Part shown: piece by piece, positions 1 through 10,357 of the stretch | How the letters are laid out: every line of letters begins with the position of its first letter | Position numbering within the stretch: the stretch's first letter is position 1 | DNA from: Candidatus Dadabacteria bacterium | GTDB taxonomy: Bacteria; Desulfobacterota_D; UBA1144; Nemesobacterales; CSP1-2 | Direction of reading: 5' to 3' | NCBI GenBank assembly: GCA_963805855.1 | Contig: CAWDVW010000007.1 | Coordinates: 448,001-512,000, forward strand | DNA: 64,000 bases | Notes under the pieces: model-generated | Told to the model about the DNA's origin: nothing | What the model saw: the letters and a program-made list of their open reading frames with translations, nothing else | The model's database searches: none | Made by a program: the position numbers and the translations under genes

Positions 1-164
1 ATATTCCCATATTTCGTCAATTCCTCTTGCGTCCTTTTTAAATATCTTTCATTTCTTCCACAGATAATAACGGTAGCGCCTTCCTCGAGAAAGGCCTTGG
101 CGATACCTTTACCAACGCCTTTGCTACCTCCGGTAATGAGTGCAGTCTTATTATTGAGCTTCAT
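1..164 (-). CDS. SDR-family oxidoreductase, N-terminal part (runs off window)
   Basis: Manual translation MKLNNKTALITGGSKGVGKGIAKAFLEEGATVIICGRN with TGxxxGxG Rossmann motif; not in ORF track. Confidence 0.9.
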   Translation of the reverse strand, partial: MKLNNKTALITGGSKGVGKGIAKAFLEEGATVIICGRNERYLKRTQEELTKYGN

Positions 165-199
165 ATAACAGAATATACCACACATTCGGAAATAATGTT

Positions 200-227
200 A
201 TGTCCGATAAGGTATATTATGTCAACT
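200..227 (+). other. dif-like XerC/XerD recombination site
   Basis: ATGTCCGATAA-GGTATA-TTATGTCAACT: 11-6-11 layout; right arm matches XerD arm TTATGT(T/A)AA(A/C)T. Confidence 0.7.
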
Positions 228-844
228 CATATTATTGGGTTTCCCAGCGTATCCCCCCTGCTTAGATTAGCTCAGACCTCAAACATAACACATATTCGTG
301 GATCATTGCGGTACATTCGACGTAATTACTTATTCCCCGATATGCTTATTAGTTTCAATGTTCTATGTAGGTTACAACAGTTTTTGACAGATATTAAGCT
401 AAATCGCTTTGAAATTCCTCGCACTTCCACTCGTTTTACAAGACGTCTCATTTAGCGCTGTATTGTTAGGTATACTATACTTAAGGCATCTTTACCCACA
501 GAAGCTCTTAAAAGCAGCAAATTTTGAGCCAAGAAGCACTAATGAATCATATTATATAATAATATGAGCATGTTAAATAGAGTACGTTATTTAATGGATT
601 AGCTAAGGTAAGACACGCAATTAGGTGTGATACCTAAGTCGCCGTGAGAAATGAATATTATATGAGATTTGTTATAGATTTTCCTTCCGTATCTTAAGTA
701 ACATCCGTCGATCTTGAACAGACTTATTTTTTAAAGTTACCCCTACCCTTTCAGAATAAAAAATTTTAATCCTTTAGAAATTCGGCGGTTTTGGGTTAAT
801 CTAGTAAGGGATCCAATATAGATGAATAACTTTTGGTTGAGGAT

Positions 845-1828
845 ATGACAGAGATTATAGGAATTGATGCAGGTGGTTCAAAAACTACGGTGATCCACGC
901 ATCTGTCGCAGACACCATTAAGACAGAATTCCAATTAATAAGAGAATCCGACTTGAATTCCTATAATTATAGACAGGATGGAATTACCGCTCTCAATAGT
1001 CTTATTAAAGAAATCCTGGGCACTTTTCAGATCGGGGACATAAAGAGTACCCGTCTGCTCGGTGGATTTGCCGGTGCCGGAACGGACAAATGTCATACAG
1101 ATATTCAAAGATCATTCGAGAAACACGGCTTTCGTAGAAACCTGACCACTATTACAAGCGATGCAGGGCTGCTTTTAATGGCAATAGGCAATACCGGCAT
1201 AGTCTTAACTGCTGGCACAGGCTCGATATGTATAGGTAGAGGAAGGGTTTCCGAGGACGGGAGGGAAATAAATGGCCGCGCGGGCGGCTACGGCTTTCGG
1301 ACGTACTCAGAACCGGGGGGATATCAATTGGGAATGAGAGCGATTGATGCTGCGCTAAAGATAGAAGATGGGAGAGGACACGAACCTACCGTTTTATATA
1401 CCAGAATTAAGGATTATTTTGGTGTTAGCCGTCTTGAAGAGATAATTCCATTGCTATATCCTCAGTCAGGTAAAAACAGTAATGTTAACAGGCAGATAGC
1501 GGGTGTTTCTAAGGTCGTACTTAAAGCCGCTCACGAAGGCGACAGAACAGCAATTCATCTCGTTAAAGAGCTGGTTTATAATTTTGCGGGCCATATCCAT
1601 GCCGTGTACCGCAAACTGGGACTAGAAAGCTCTCTAGTCGGGCTGCATGGTGGGCTTTTTGCCGACCCACACGGTGAGGAACTCCTCATAAAACCATTGA
1701 CACGACACCGGCTCTTGCATAAATATGATTTGAAATTTATCACACTGGGAGTCAAAACAGGCGATACCGATCCCCTGATAGAGGCCATGAAGCACGTGGT
1801 AGTAGTGAACGAACACTTGAAGACATAA
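845..1828 (+). CDS. BadF/BadG/BcrA/BcrD-type (GlcNAc/MurNAc kinase-like) sugar kinase
   Basis: IGIDAGGSKT, SDA..L, AGTGS, RAGGYG motifs; ATG at 845 preferred over TTG at 833. Confidence 0.8.
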   Translation: MTEIIGIDAGGSKTTVIHASVADTIKTEFQLIRESDLNSYNYRQDGITALNSLIKEILGTFQIGDIKSTRLLGGFAGAGTDKCHTDIQRSFEKHGFRRNLTTITSDAGLLLMAIGNTGIVLTAGTGSICIGRGRVSEDGREINGRAGGYGFRTYSEPGGYQLGMRAIDAALKIEDGRGHEPTVLYTRIKDYFGVSRLEEIIPLLYPQSGKNSNVNRQIAGVSKVVLKAAHEGDRTAIHLVKELVYNFAGHIHAVYRKLGLESSLVGLHGGLFADPHGEELLIKPLTRHRLLHKYDLKFITLGVKTGDTDPLIEAMKHVVVVNEHLKT

Positions 1829-2111
1829 ATCTAGGCTAAAATAGAACTCATCGGAGCAATCTTTTTATTTGACTCTGGCCTCCCTTTAGCAGCTTTCAAG
1901 GGATTAAATCTAAGTCAAATAGGATTGAATTCAGTGCTCAAAAAGAAGATAATTTTAAGGCAATGCTGACTTTTAAAAGTACATCAGCCGAAAAGAATTC
2001 TCAAAATAGCTCCATGTTATATCGAATGTCATCCTATATTCATTCCTTAAGATTAATGCTTATTTCGGTGTTCTTTGCATCGAATGCCTATGCCCAGTTC
2101 TCCCCTAACCC

Positions 2112-2581
2112 ATGAAAAATGAATTCGATGTATTTACAGAAATTTGCAAAGAAACCTTCGAATTCCTTAAAAATCAATATGGGTTTTGCGAATTAATGGA
2201 GGAGCGGGAATCTTATGTCGTTTATCTTACTTATAAGAACAATACAACTGGTGTAAGAATTAGTTATGAGCCTATCGAAGAAGGGGTTTTTGTCCTACTA
2301 GCTCGCTCGGTAAGTGGTGAGGTTCCCAAAGAGCCTATTTTCATTAAATCAGATATTGAATTGAACTCATTCTATCTTGATGATCTGGTTAAATTAAGAA
2401 AACCGGAAATATTGGTTGAACGTAAACCGAAGATTGAATCATCAGGAGAAGGGCTGAGACAATACTTAGTTATAATCAGCTAAGGAAATGTGCTGGAGAT
2501 GTGCTTTCAGGGAAATTCGACGTCTTTAGAAAATTAGATCGTGTTGTAAAGGACAGACATAGAGAATTAAATCAAGCCTGA
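2112..2581 (+). pseudogene. Hypothetical protein, probably frameshifted near 2460
   Basis: 123-aa ORF ends at 2483; the shifted frame continues ILSYNQLRKCAGDVLSGKFDVFRKLDRVVKDRHRELNQA* to 2581. Confidence 0.5.
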
Positions 2582-2728
2582 TTGTCAATCAATCGGTGAA
2601 CCGTACCCAAGAAAAAGGAGAAAAAGATAAGGCTAGGGATCACCCACCAGCCAGTCCCTGTCAATAGAAATTAAAGAGGATGCAGCCCTTTATTTAGAGA
2701 TGATTCATTCATTCACGCCTGACCCCCT

Positions 2729-3118
2729 CTAATTCTCCACCTTGAGTTGTTTATCAAAAGTTATCAATTTAGCCTCTTCATCCCTCACAAACTTCAGAAG
2801 CAGCACATCATTGTAATTAAGCTCTCCATTACTCTCAATAACCCCATCTGCTACCTCAGCATGAATTTCCTGCATGTTTTCGAGCCAGATAACATTTATG
2901 TTTGCCTCAAGCTCTTTCAACTTTCCTAGGGCTTCTTTACAGTCGTATTTCCTTTCCCTACACCTTCTTGCTATAACCGAGTATATTTCTGAAAGATTGG
3001 TACTAAGAACATAAACTCTCTCATTCCCGAGATCTTCTATTATTCCTACCGCATTTTTGTGATGGGCGTCTTTTTTATCAAGAAGAGCCACTATGATGTT
3101 TGTATCTAGAACTATCAC
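2729..3118 (-). CDS. PIN-domain (VapC-like) ribonuclease toxin
   Basis: IVLDTN N-terminus, conserved E, YND and TFD acidic residues; GTGA overlap with upstream gene. Confidence 0.85.
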   Translation of the reverse strand: MIVLDTNIIVALLDKKDAHHKNAVGIIEDLGNERVYVLSTNLSEIYSVIARRCRERKYDCKEALGKLKELEANINVIWLENMQEIHAEVADGVIESNGELNYNDVLLLKFVRDEEAKLITFDKQLKVEN

Positions 3119-3474
3119 TTATACAGCCTCTGTTCATCCTCTACAGCATCACCCCCCATTGCCAAAGACCCTGCAAGCTTTAAAAGGCTTTTCGCAGTCC
3201 CTATTTCTCTTTCTTCTACAATTTCAACATCGAGTTTCCTGAGTATCCTCACCGCATCCTGAGTCGTGAAATCGAGGAGCGTCACATCATAACCCTTTTC
3301 CTTAAAGACCTCATAAAGCAAGTTTTTGACCGGGATTCTTTTCCCGTCGATTAAAGCATAATAAGATTTCCCCCTTCCCGGTATTCTTTTCTTGGCAACC
3401 TTTTCAATATCTTTCTTTGAGAGGTAAGCTTCTTTACCCCTCAGTATAAATTTCTTTGCCGATCTAACTGTCAT
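3115..3474 (-). CDS. Putative antitoxin with SCO5918-like N-terminal domain
   Basis: Directly upstream of and coupled to PIN gene; YYALIDGKRIPVK..DFTTQDAVRILRKL; GGAGGT RBS before ATG at 3474. Confidence 0.6.
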   Translation of the reverse strand: MTVRSAKKFILRGKEAYLSKKDIEKVAKKRIPGRGKSYYALIDGKRIPVKNLLYEVFKEKGYDVTLLDFTTQDAVRILRKLDVEIVEEREIGTAKSLLKLAGSLAMGGDAVEDEQRLYK

Positions 3475-4221
3475 GCACTTTACCTCCACTTACAGTTATC
3501 AATAAGTGTATATTTATCTCACAATTAATCAAGAAGGGAAGTTTACTCGTTATTCGAGATATTTAGGAGAACACTCAAGACTAATTCTCAATTAACGTTA
3601 GTTAATCGGTACCTCTTCCGCTTTCAACGTTACCCCTTCTTGTAATTAAAGGGGACGCATGTAGATGCTCAGTAATTATGTCCCTCTTTTCCAATAACGA
3701 AGAAATCTTAATTTAACAAATAGAGGAGCTGAACTTTTATCTCTAAAAACCATATAATAATTTATTTAATCAAATAATTGTGTGTCTAAGTAGTGTGTTA
3801 TCTTAAATTTGTGATTTTCATTTTTGAATTAAGTGATCTAAGAAACCTTTTTTGAACGAATAATGAATCACTTACTAATAAGTCGCAAAAAGTTACCGAA
3901 TTAGTGAGCTAGTACAACGCATGTACTTTATTTGGAGATAACTCATTTATTCGCGACACCATTCAGGAAGGAACAATAATTCGAGGTCTGTACGGCATTG
4001 ATTATCCAGCCTTTTAGAACAAGGTCGGGAATTTGGTGGGTGGAAGTCGATTGATGTTCCCCATTTTTCTCCCCCTACCCTTTTCACATATCTTCTATAA
4101 TACGGTCGGTTCTTGCGTTTTTTGTTGAAATCAATTAATCTAAGACCTTGAAAAATAAGGTCTATATATATATATTAAAACTATTTAATAACCTGCAACA
4201 TCGAAATCAGAGGTTCTTAAC

Positions 4222-4569
4222 ATGCCGATATATGAATATGAATGTACTAAATGTGGTGAGATAACCGAAGCACTCCAGGGCTTTAATGACAAGCCGCTTA
4301 AAAGATGCAAGTCTTGTAAGGGAAAACTGGAAAGAATAGTATCCCTCTCTTCCTTCCACTTAAAGGGGCACGGGTGGTATTCAACTGATTATGCAAAGAA
4401 TGCTGGAATCCCCCCCATGGCCGAAGCACAGAATAATCCGGCCATTTCTGACAGCACAAACGGGACCAAACCGAGTGGGGATATGGATAAGAAACCGGCT
4501 GTCGAGCCAAAACCCGCGAGCTCATCCAGAAGGGTTATCCAGAAAAACGGCGTACAAAGGTCTGAATAG
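4222..4569 (+). CDS. FmdB-family zinc-ribbon protein
   Basis: MPIYEYECxxC...CxxC..FHLKGxGWYxTDY with low-complexity tail. Confidence 0.9.
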   Translation: MPIYEYECTKCGEITEALQGFNDKPLKRCKSCKGKLERIVSLSSFHLKGHGWYSTDYAKNAGIPPMAEAQNNPAISDSTNGTKPSGDMDKKPAVEPKPASSSRRVIQKNGVQRSE

Positions 4570-4753
4570 TATCTCTAAGACAACCCTGTCTTCTTAGTCG
4601 TTTCAGCAGAGTTCCAACATACAAAGTTCCTTAAATCGAACTTATCCAATTAGTCTTTATGTGTACGCCTATTCTTGATATATTCTTTCCCGGTATCCTT
4701 TTTCTTCGTTTTCGACTTATACTTTAATTCAAGCAAGGGGGAAAAATCGAAAA

Positions 4754-5545
4754 ATGGATCTTGGAATAAAAAATAAGGTCGCAATAGTAGCAGCATCCAG
4801 TAAAGGCCTGGGTAAAGGGGTCGCGCTTGGACTCGCCGAGGAAGGCGTGAATTTGACGATCTGCGCACGGGGCACAGAGGCATTAAAAGCAACCGCCGAA
4901 GAAATAAGGTCCAAAACCGGCGTAGGTGTTTTACCGATCCAGGCCGACGTCTCGAATACCGATGACATTAAGCGGGTTGTTTCCGAGACGTTGCGTCATT
5001 ACTCAAAGCTTCACATACTCGTAAACAATGCAGGGGGGCCTCCCCTCGGATATTTTGCCGATTTCTCTCTTGAGGATTGGAAGCAAGCCTTAGGACTTAA
5101 CCTTTTGAGCACTATAACCTTCATCAAGGAATCAATTCCGCACATGAGAGAACAGAAATGGGGAAGGATCGTAAACATTACTTCAGTAGCTGTTAAACAG
5201 CCAATCGACGGGCTAATCCTATCGAATACTTCAAGGGCGGGGGTCATAGGCCTCACCAAAACATTATCCAACGAATATGCTAAGGATAACATCTTATTCA
5301 ACAATGTTTGCCCCGGCAGGATACTTACCGACAGGATCATCCAGCTTGCCGAAGCCAGAGCCAAGACTGCCAATATGAGCGTTGAAGAAGTGTTATCCTC
5401 CATGGAAAAAGACATCCCGATTGGAAGGATTGGAAAACCGAAAGAATTGGCTGACCTCGTTGTATTCCTCTCTTCAGAAAGGGCGAGTTACATAACCGGA
5501 ACAACGATACAGGTAGACGGAGGAGCTGTGAAAGGAGTATATTAG
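4754..5545 (+). CDS. SDR-family oxidoreductase (3-oxoacyl-ACP reductase-like)
   Basis: ASSKGLG, NNAGGP, NVCPG, YITG motifs. Confidence 0.9.
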   Translation: MDLGIKNKVAIVAASSKGLGKGVALGLAEEGVNLTICARGTEALKATAEEIRSKTGVGVLPIQADVSNTDDIKRVVSETLRHYSKLHILVNNAGGPPLGYFADFSLEDWKQALGLNLLSTITFIKESIPHMREQKWGRIVNITSVAVKQPIDGLILSNTSRAGVIGLTKTLSNEYAKDNILFNNVCPGRILTDRIIQLAEARAKTANMSVEEVLSSMEKDIPIGRIGKPKELADLVVFLSSERASYITGTTIQVDGGAVKGVY

Positions 5546-5564
5546 ATCCATGGCTTAATTCAGG

Positions 5565-6092
5565 ATGAAGGACAATTATGAATTCAAAAAATCATACAAC
5601 AGATCAATCTTGCTTCTGTCTTTGCTCGCGACGGTCTTTTATGTACTGGTTACTTACATTCCAAATATAAGTACTCGTGAAGAAAGACCCCCGATTTCCG
5701 AACCTGTTTACGTAGAAATAGCAATGGAGAACGAGTCCTCATATATCGTTGAATTAGATGGTGATAATCAAGCCAATAAATTTGTCGAATCATACCGACT
5801 CCGCAGGCTCCCAAGGAATGGTGATAAGTTGATTATCAGCGGGCAAGATAAAATAATGCTCTCCAGGATGAACGGAAGAAAGAGCTTAGCCCTGGGAGTT
5901 CCCATCGGAATCAATTCCGCTACCGTCGAGGATCTCGTAATACTGCCGGGAATAGGACCGAAGTTGGCTAAAAAAATTATCGAGTATAGAGAATTTAACG
6001 GCCGTTTTAAAAATCCGTCTGAGCTGCAGAAAGTAGATGGAATAGGAGAGAAGAAGTTTAAATCGATAAAGCGGCTTATAAGCCTCGATTAA
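5565..6092 (+). CDS. ComEA-family helix-hairpin-helix DNA-binding protein
   Basis: N-terminal TM; INSAT..LPGIGPKLA..IIEYR..VDGIG. Confidence 0.85.
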   Translation: MKDNYEFKKSYNRSILLLSLLATVFYVLVTYIPNISTREERPPISEPVYVEIAMENESSYIVELDGDNQANKFVESYRLRRLPRNGDKLIISGQDKIMLSRMNGRKSLALGVPIGINSATVEDLVILPGIGPKLAKKIIEYREFNGRFKNPSELQKVDGIGEKKFKSIKRLISLD

Positions 6093-8761
6093 TGACGAAA
6101 TAAGAAGTCAATATTGACCTCGTCATTATCCTTTTTTTTCGCTTCACTAGCGTTCCCACTGTAACTACTCTGGATGTAGTCATTATTCGAATCTGCAACA
6201 TCAGTAACTGTCTCACGAATTATCGAATCCGACGTGTATGGAATATTACCATAGGGCGTATTGGCAATTCGTATTCCATTCGGGACTTCAAATTCGCCAC
6301 CGGGAATTTTGTTCAAAACTGTCTGCATAAAATCCTTCCATATAGGAAGAGCAGCCCTCGAGCCAGCCTCACCCTTCCCTAACGAAGTGTGGTTATCCTT
6401 ACCCACCCAGACACCGGCTGTAATGCGGGGACTAAATCCGATAAACCATGCATCCGTAAACTCGTTCGTAGTACCTGTTTTCCCGGCGACGGGCGCAATA
6501 GAGTTGAGATCACTTGCCCTTCGTCCGGTGCCTTCGTTAATAACTGCTTCCAGTAAATCAGTGACGATAAATGCTGTTTCGGGGCTTATAACCTGGTTTT
6601 CGGGATTTGAACTTGATAGGCTAATTGATTTTGATCTCAACCCTCTGAGAAAATCTTGAGGCGATGAATATGTCAACGCTTCATCTCTATAATTGAAGTC
6701 TTTATTCGCGACATCTTCCTCCTTCAGGTAATCCTCATCGTCGTCGGATCTGCTCCTAAATGTACTGCCAATGCTCTTAGCAATCTTCTCTAAAATTTTT
6801 ATGCGTTTTTTTCCCCTATCTTCCCTATCTTCCCTTGCAATCTCGTCATTGGACCGTAACTTGCCCGAAACGTTATCCTCTATCATCGTCCCATTCCGAT
6901 CATATACACGAAGTATTAATCGAGGCTCTACAAGCTTACCGCCGGACGCGAACACATTATAAGCATTTACTAATTCTAATAAAGTTACGTCTGAACCTCC
7001 GAGTGCAAGGGACGGGTACGGGTATAGATGAGATTTAAATCCAAATCTCTTTGCATATTCTACCACTCGTCTGGCACTTATATCTAAAAGTATCCTCACG
7101 GTTGCCATATTCCTCGATCTAGCAAGGGCATTCCGTAGAATCATCGGCCCCAAATACTCTCCATCATAGTTCTTAGGAGCCCAGTCCTTGATTGCCACAG
7201 GCATGTCATATACGACGGATGTTTCAGTGTACCCTTTAGCAATCGCTGCAGCATAAACAAACGGTTTAAATGCAGATCCAGGCTGCCTTAGTGCTTGCGT
7301 AACCCTGTTAAATTGAGAATCTAGAAAATCGTAACCGCCCACCAACGCCGTTACATTACCGGAGACATCCATGGCCATTAAGGCCCCCTGGACCTTAGGC
7401 TTCGCGTCCAATGAAACCCGATAGACCCCATTTTCGCTATCATTAACCTTTACTTTTATAACATCTCCGACCTTTAGTTTGAACGGAATCAGGCTAATTC
7501 GTCCATATCCATTTATCGGCGCGAAGTTGTCAGACAAATCAGATTTCAAACCCTTTACGGGGCTTCCCAAAGGTGAGCTGACAGCATATTCGAATATTCC
7601 CGTTTTATTGCCTAGGCCGACCTCTGCTTTATACACGGCTTCTAGATTCTCGATATTAGATTGACCGATTAATACAACTTCGTAGTTATTGCCTTCTTGA
7701 ATGTTGTCAATCTTTTGCGCTTCTCTGAATTTATTTACACCTTCCTTGTTTTTTAGATTCTTGATAACAAGGTTATGCCCCCTTCTAGATTCGAGATCGA
7801 GTATTCCCCGTCTCAACGCCCACTGAGCTGCCAGACTTTGATCGGTATCGATCGTAGTAAATATCTTGTAACCACCCTTACGAAAAGCTTTCGTACCGAC
7901 CATGTTTTCCACATGCTGTCTTACAAGCTCCACAAAATAAGGTGCAACATCAACAACCATGTTGCCCTTTGGCATAATGTTAATTTTATACGCCTCGGCT
8001 TCCCGCCTTTGCTTTTTAGTTATAAAGTTATCTTCCTCCATTATCTTTAGCACCAGCCTCTGCCTTTTGATGGCCCTATCAAAATGTTTACGGGGCGAGA
8101 AGTACTCCGGCCTCTTCGGTAAACCAGCAAGAAAAGCAGCCTCTGCAATATTAATATCCCTTGCCGATTTACCGAAATAGTTATTGCTGGCAGCTTCAAT
8201 CCCATATGTTCCATCCGCTAGATAGATATGATTGAGATAAATATAGAATATCTCGTCTTTAGAAAGGTTATTTTCCATCCTGTAAGCGAGAATCGCCTCT
8301 TTGATCTTTCGAGAAATGCTTTTCTCAGGTGAGAGAACCAGATTTTTTGTTACCTGCTGAGTTATGGTGCTAGCTCCTTGTACAATTTCACCTTCCTTTA
8401 TGTTTGTTATAAGGGCAGCTATGATTCTCATAACATCAACACCCCTATGATGAAAGAAGCGCTTATCCTCTATGGCTAAGAAGGCACTTTTAACGCGTTC
8501 AGGAATTTCTTCATATGGAATGAGTTTTCTCTTTTGGGTCGCAAACTCCGCGATTAACTTACCGTCAGACGAGTAAATTTCGTTTATTACGGGAGGTTCG
8601 TAACCAGTGATTTTTGTTAAGTCCGGGAGATCGTAGATATAATACCAGTATACGACATATAGAGATAAGAGGGGTAACACTACAAAAGCAAGAAAAAGGA
8701 GAAAAAAAAGTTTTATTCTTGGTTTCTTACGACGGTGCTTCAATTGCTTCTTTTTCATCAA
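6089..8761 (-). CDS. mrcA: Penicillin-binding protein 1A (transglycosylase/transpeptidase)
   Basis: EDKRF, GASTITQQ, RKIKE; SAFK, SRN, KTG motifs. Confidence 0.92.
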   Translation of the reverse strand: MMKKKQLKHRRKKPRIKLFFLLFLAFVVLPLLSLYVVYWYYIYDLPDLTKITGYEPPVINEIYSSDGKLIAEFATQKRKLIPYEEIPERVKSAFLAIEDKRFFHHRGVDVMRIIAALITNIKEGEIVQGASTITQQVTKNLVLSPEKSISRKIKEAILAYRMENNLSKDEIFYIYLNHIYLADGTYGIEAASNNYFGKSARDINIAEAAFLAGLPKRPEYFSPRKHFDRAIKRQRLVLKIMEEDNFITKKQRREAEAYKINIMPKGNMVVDVAPYFVELVRQHVENMVGTKAFRKGGYKIFTTIDTDQSLAAQWALRRGILDLESRRGHNLVIKNLKNKEGVNKFREAQKIDNIQEGNNYEVVLIGQSNIENLEAVYKAEVGLGNKTGIFEYAVSSPLGSPVKGLKSDLSDNFAPINGYGRISLIPFKLKVGDVIKVKVNDSENGVYRVSLDAKPKVQGALMAMDVSGNVTALVGGYDFLDSQFNRVTQALRQPGSAFKPFVYAAAIAKGYTETSVVYDMPVAIKDWAPKNYDGEYLGPMILRNALARSRNMATVRILLDISARRVVEYAKRFGFKSHLYPYPSLALGGSDVTLLELVNAYNVFASGGKLVEPRLILRVYDRNGTMIEDNVSGKLRSNDEIAREDREDRGKKRIKILEKIAKSIGSTFRSRSDDDEDYLKEEDVANKDFNYRDEALTYSSPQDFLRGLRSKSISLSSSNPENQVISPETAFIVTDLLEAVINEGTGRRASDLNSIAPVAGKTGTTNEFTDAWFIGFSPRITAGVWVGKDNHTSLGKGEAGSRAALPIWKDFMQTVLNKIPGGEFEVPNGIRIANTPYGNIPYTSDSIIRETVTDVADSNNDYIQSSYSGNASEAKKKDNDEVNIDFLFRH

Positions 8762-8852
8762 AAATGATCACGCCCTCGGTTATTTGACAATATTAGGTGC
8801 ATTAATTAGCCTTAAAATATATACTTCTCCTTATTTATTAGTATATTAAACA

Positions 8853-9062
8853 ATGGAAAATCAAGAAAATCAAGGAAATGGATCACTTGATGAGTTTATC
8901 CGAGACATTAAAGACCAAGAGCTAAAGGGCATTTTGTTAAAGCTTAAGAATGAGATTAGAAAACCCGATGTTCCGTGGGTAGATATTAAGACTATCCTTA
9001 GATCTCTCAACAATAAAGATAAAGACGCCCTTTGCAAAATTCTGCCATGGATCATTAATTAG
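8853..9062 (+). CDS. Small hypothetical protein
   Basis: 69-aa ORF filling an intergenic gap, plausible helical composition. Confidence 0.55.
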   Translation: MENQENQGNGSLDEFIRDIKDQELKGILLKLKNEIRKPDVPWVDIKTILRSLNNKDKDALCKILPWIIN

Positions 9063-9288
9063 GCTGGGCTTACATCTTTTAAAGGTTTCTTTAAATATAA
9101 AGAGCGCGTTTTTTTCTCGGCAGAATGCACAATTGATAACGGTTATTAGCAAATTTAATAAATATTGATTAGCAAGACCCCAAAATAGCTCATTTTCTAG
9201 TATCCTTGAGAGGTATCTTTTAAAAAATTTCTAAATCGAAGAGCTAGACCGGTAGAAATCGTCAACAATTAGGTATGGATAATAAAAT

Positions 9289-10230
9289 TTGGAGAAAATC
9301 GTGATAAAACCTCCGGTCGATAACATATTAGATCTAATTGGAGACACCTATATCATAAAACTGAATAGACTCATTCCCGAGTCTTCGGCAACAGTCTGGG
9401 CCAAACTCGAGAACATGAACCCCGCGGGAAGCGTCAAAGAAAGAATCTGTTTAGGCATGATTGAGGCCGCAGAAAGGGAAAAGAAAATACATCCTTCAAG
9501 GACAGTCGTGGTCGAACCAACAAGTGGGAACACCGGTATTGGGCTTGCCCTTGTTTGTGCAGTTAAAGGCTATAGATTAATACTCACTATGCCCGATGAC
9601 ATGAGCATTGAAAGAAGGCTGCTTTTTGCTGCATATGGGGCAGAACTAATCCTTACCCCTGCTCGGGAACAGATGGAAGGTGCAGTAAGAAAAGCTGAAG
9701 AGATAGTTCACAATAATTCCGAAGCATTCATGCCGCAGCAATTTAAGAACCCGGAAAATCCCGAGACGCACAGGAAGACTACAGCACCTGAAATACTTGA
9801 GCAATTCCCGGGAGAGATCCATGCATTTGTTGCCGGCGTTGGAACTGGTGGAACTATCACCGGCACGGGTGAGGTTCTCAAGGAAAGGTTTCCAAATATT
9901 CTGATCGTCGCTGTTGAACCTGCGGAATCCGCTGTTCTATCAGGGAAAAAAGGAAGTGTTCACGAGATTCAAGGAATTGGTGCGGGTTTTATTCCAGAAA
10001 TATTGAATACGAGTATCTACGATGAGATCATTACTATAACAGGGGAGGAGGCAAAGAAATTTACGAGGCTTATAGCAAGAAAAGAGGGTCTCCTTGTAGG
10101 AATATCGGCAGGGGCTAATGGGCTCGCTGCCGCCAGGATTGCCGAGAGGCTTGGACCCAGTAAGCAGGTCTTAACTGTGTTTTGTGACACTGGGGAAAGA
10201 TACCTGAGTACAGGTGTTTTTGATCAATAA
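9289..10230 (+). CDS. cysK: Cysteine synthase A
   Basis: KLENMNPAGSVKER, PTSGNTG, GVGTGGT, QGIGAG. Confidence 0.93.
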   Translation: MEKIVIKPPVDNILDLIGDTYIIKLNRLIPESSATVWAKLENMNPAGSVKERICLGMIEAAEREKKIHPSRTVVVEPTSGNTGIGLALVCAVKGYRLILTMPDDMSIERRLLFAAYGAELILTPAREQMEGAVRKAEEIVHNNSEAFMPQQFKNPENPETHRKTTAPEILEQFPGEIHAFVAGVGTGGTITGTGEVLKERFPNILIVAVEPAESAVLSGKKGSVHEIQGIGAGFIPEILNTSIYDEIITITGEEAKKFTRLIARKEGLLVGISAGANGLAAARIAERLGPSKQVLTVFCDTGERYLSTGVFDQ

Positions 10231-10294
10231 TGGTTAAAGGACAAGCAGTCAGAGACCCCTACCCTATCATGTAATTTAATCTTAACAACTATTA

Positions 10295-10323
10295 TTGAAA
10301 ACCAATTTTAACTATGCTATCAT
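10295..10323 (+). promoter_or_regulatory. Sigma70-type promoter of ftsH operon
   Basis: TTGAAA-17bp-TATCAT with extended -10 TG. Confidence 0.55.
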
Positions 10324-10357
10324 TCTAGTGTATATTTCCAAATAAATTGAGGTAATT

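Noticed and set aside
195-455. 86-aa ORF in track
   Set aside because: No RBS or recognisable motif; overlaps the dif-like site
9245-9270. Rrf2/IscR-like operator before cysK
   Set aside because: Only partial resemblance; cannot be supported by eye
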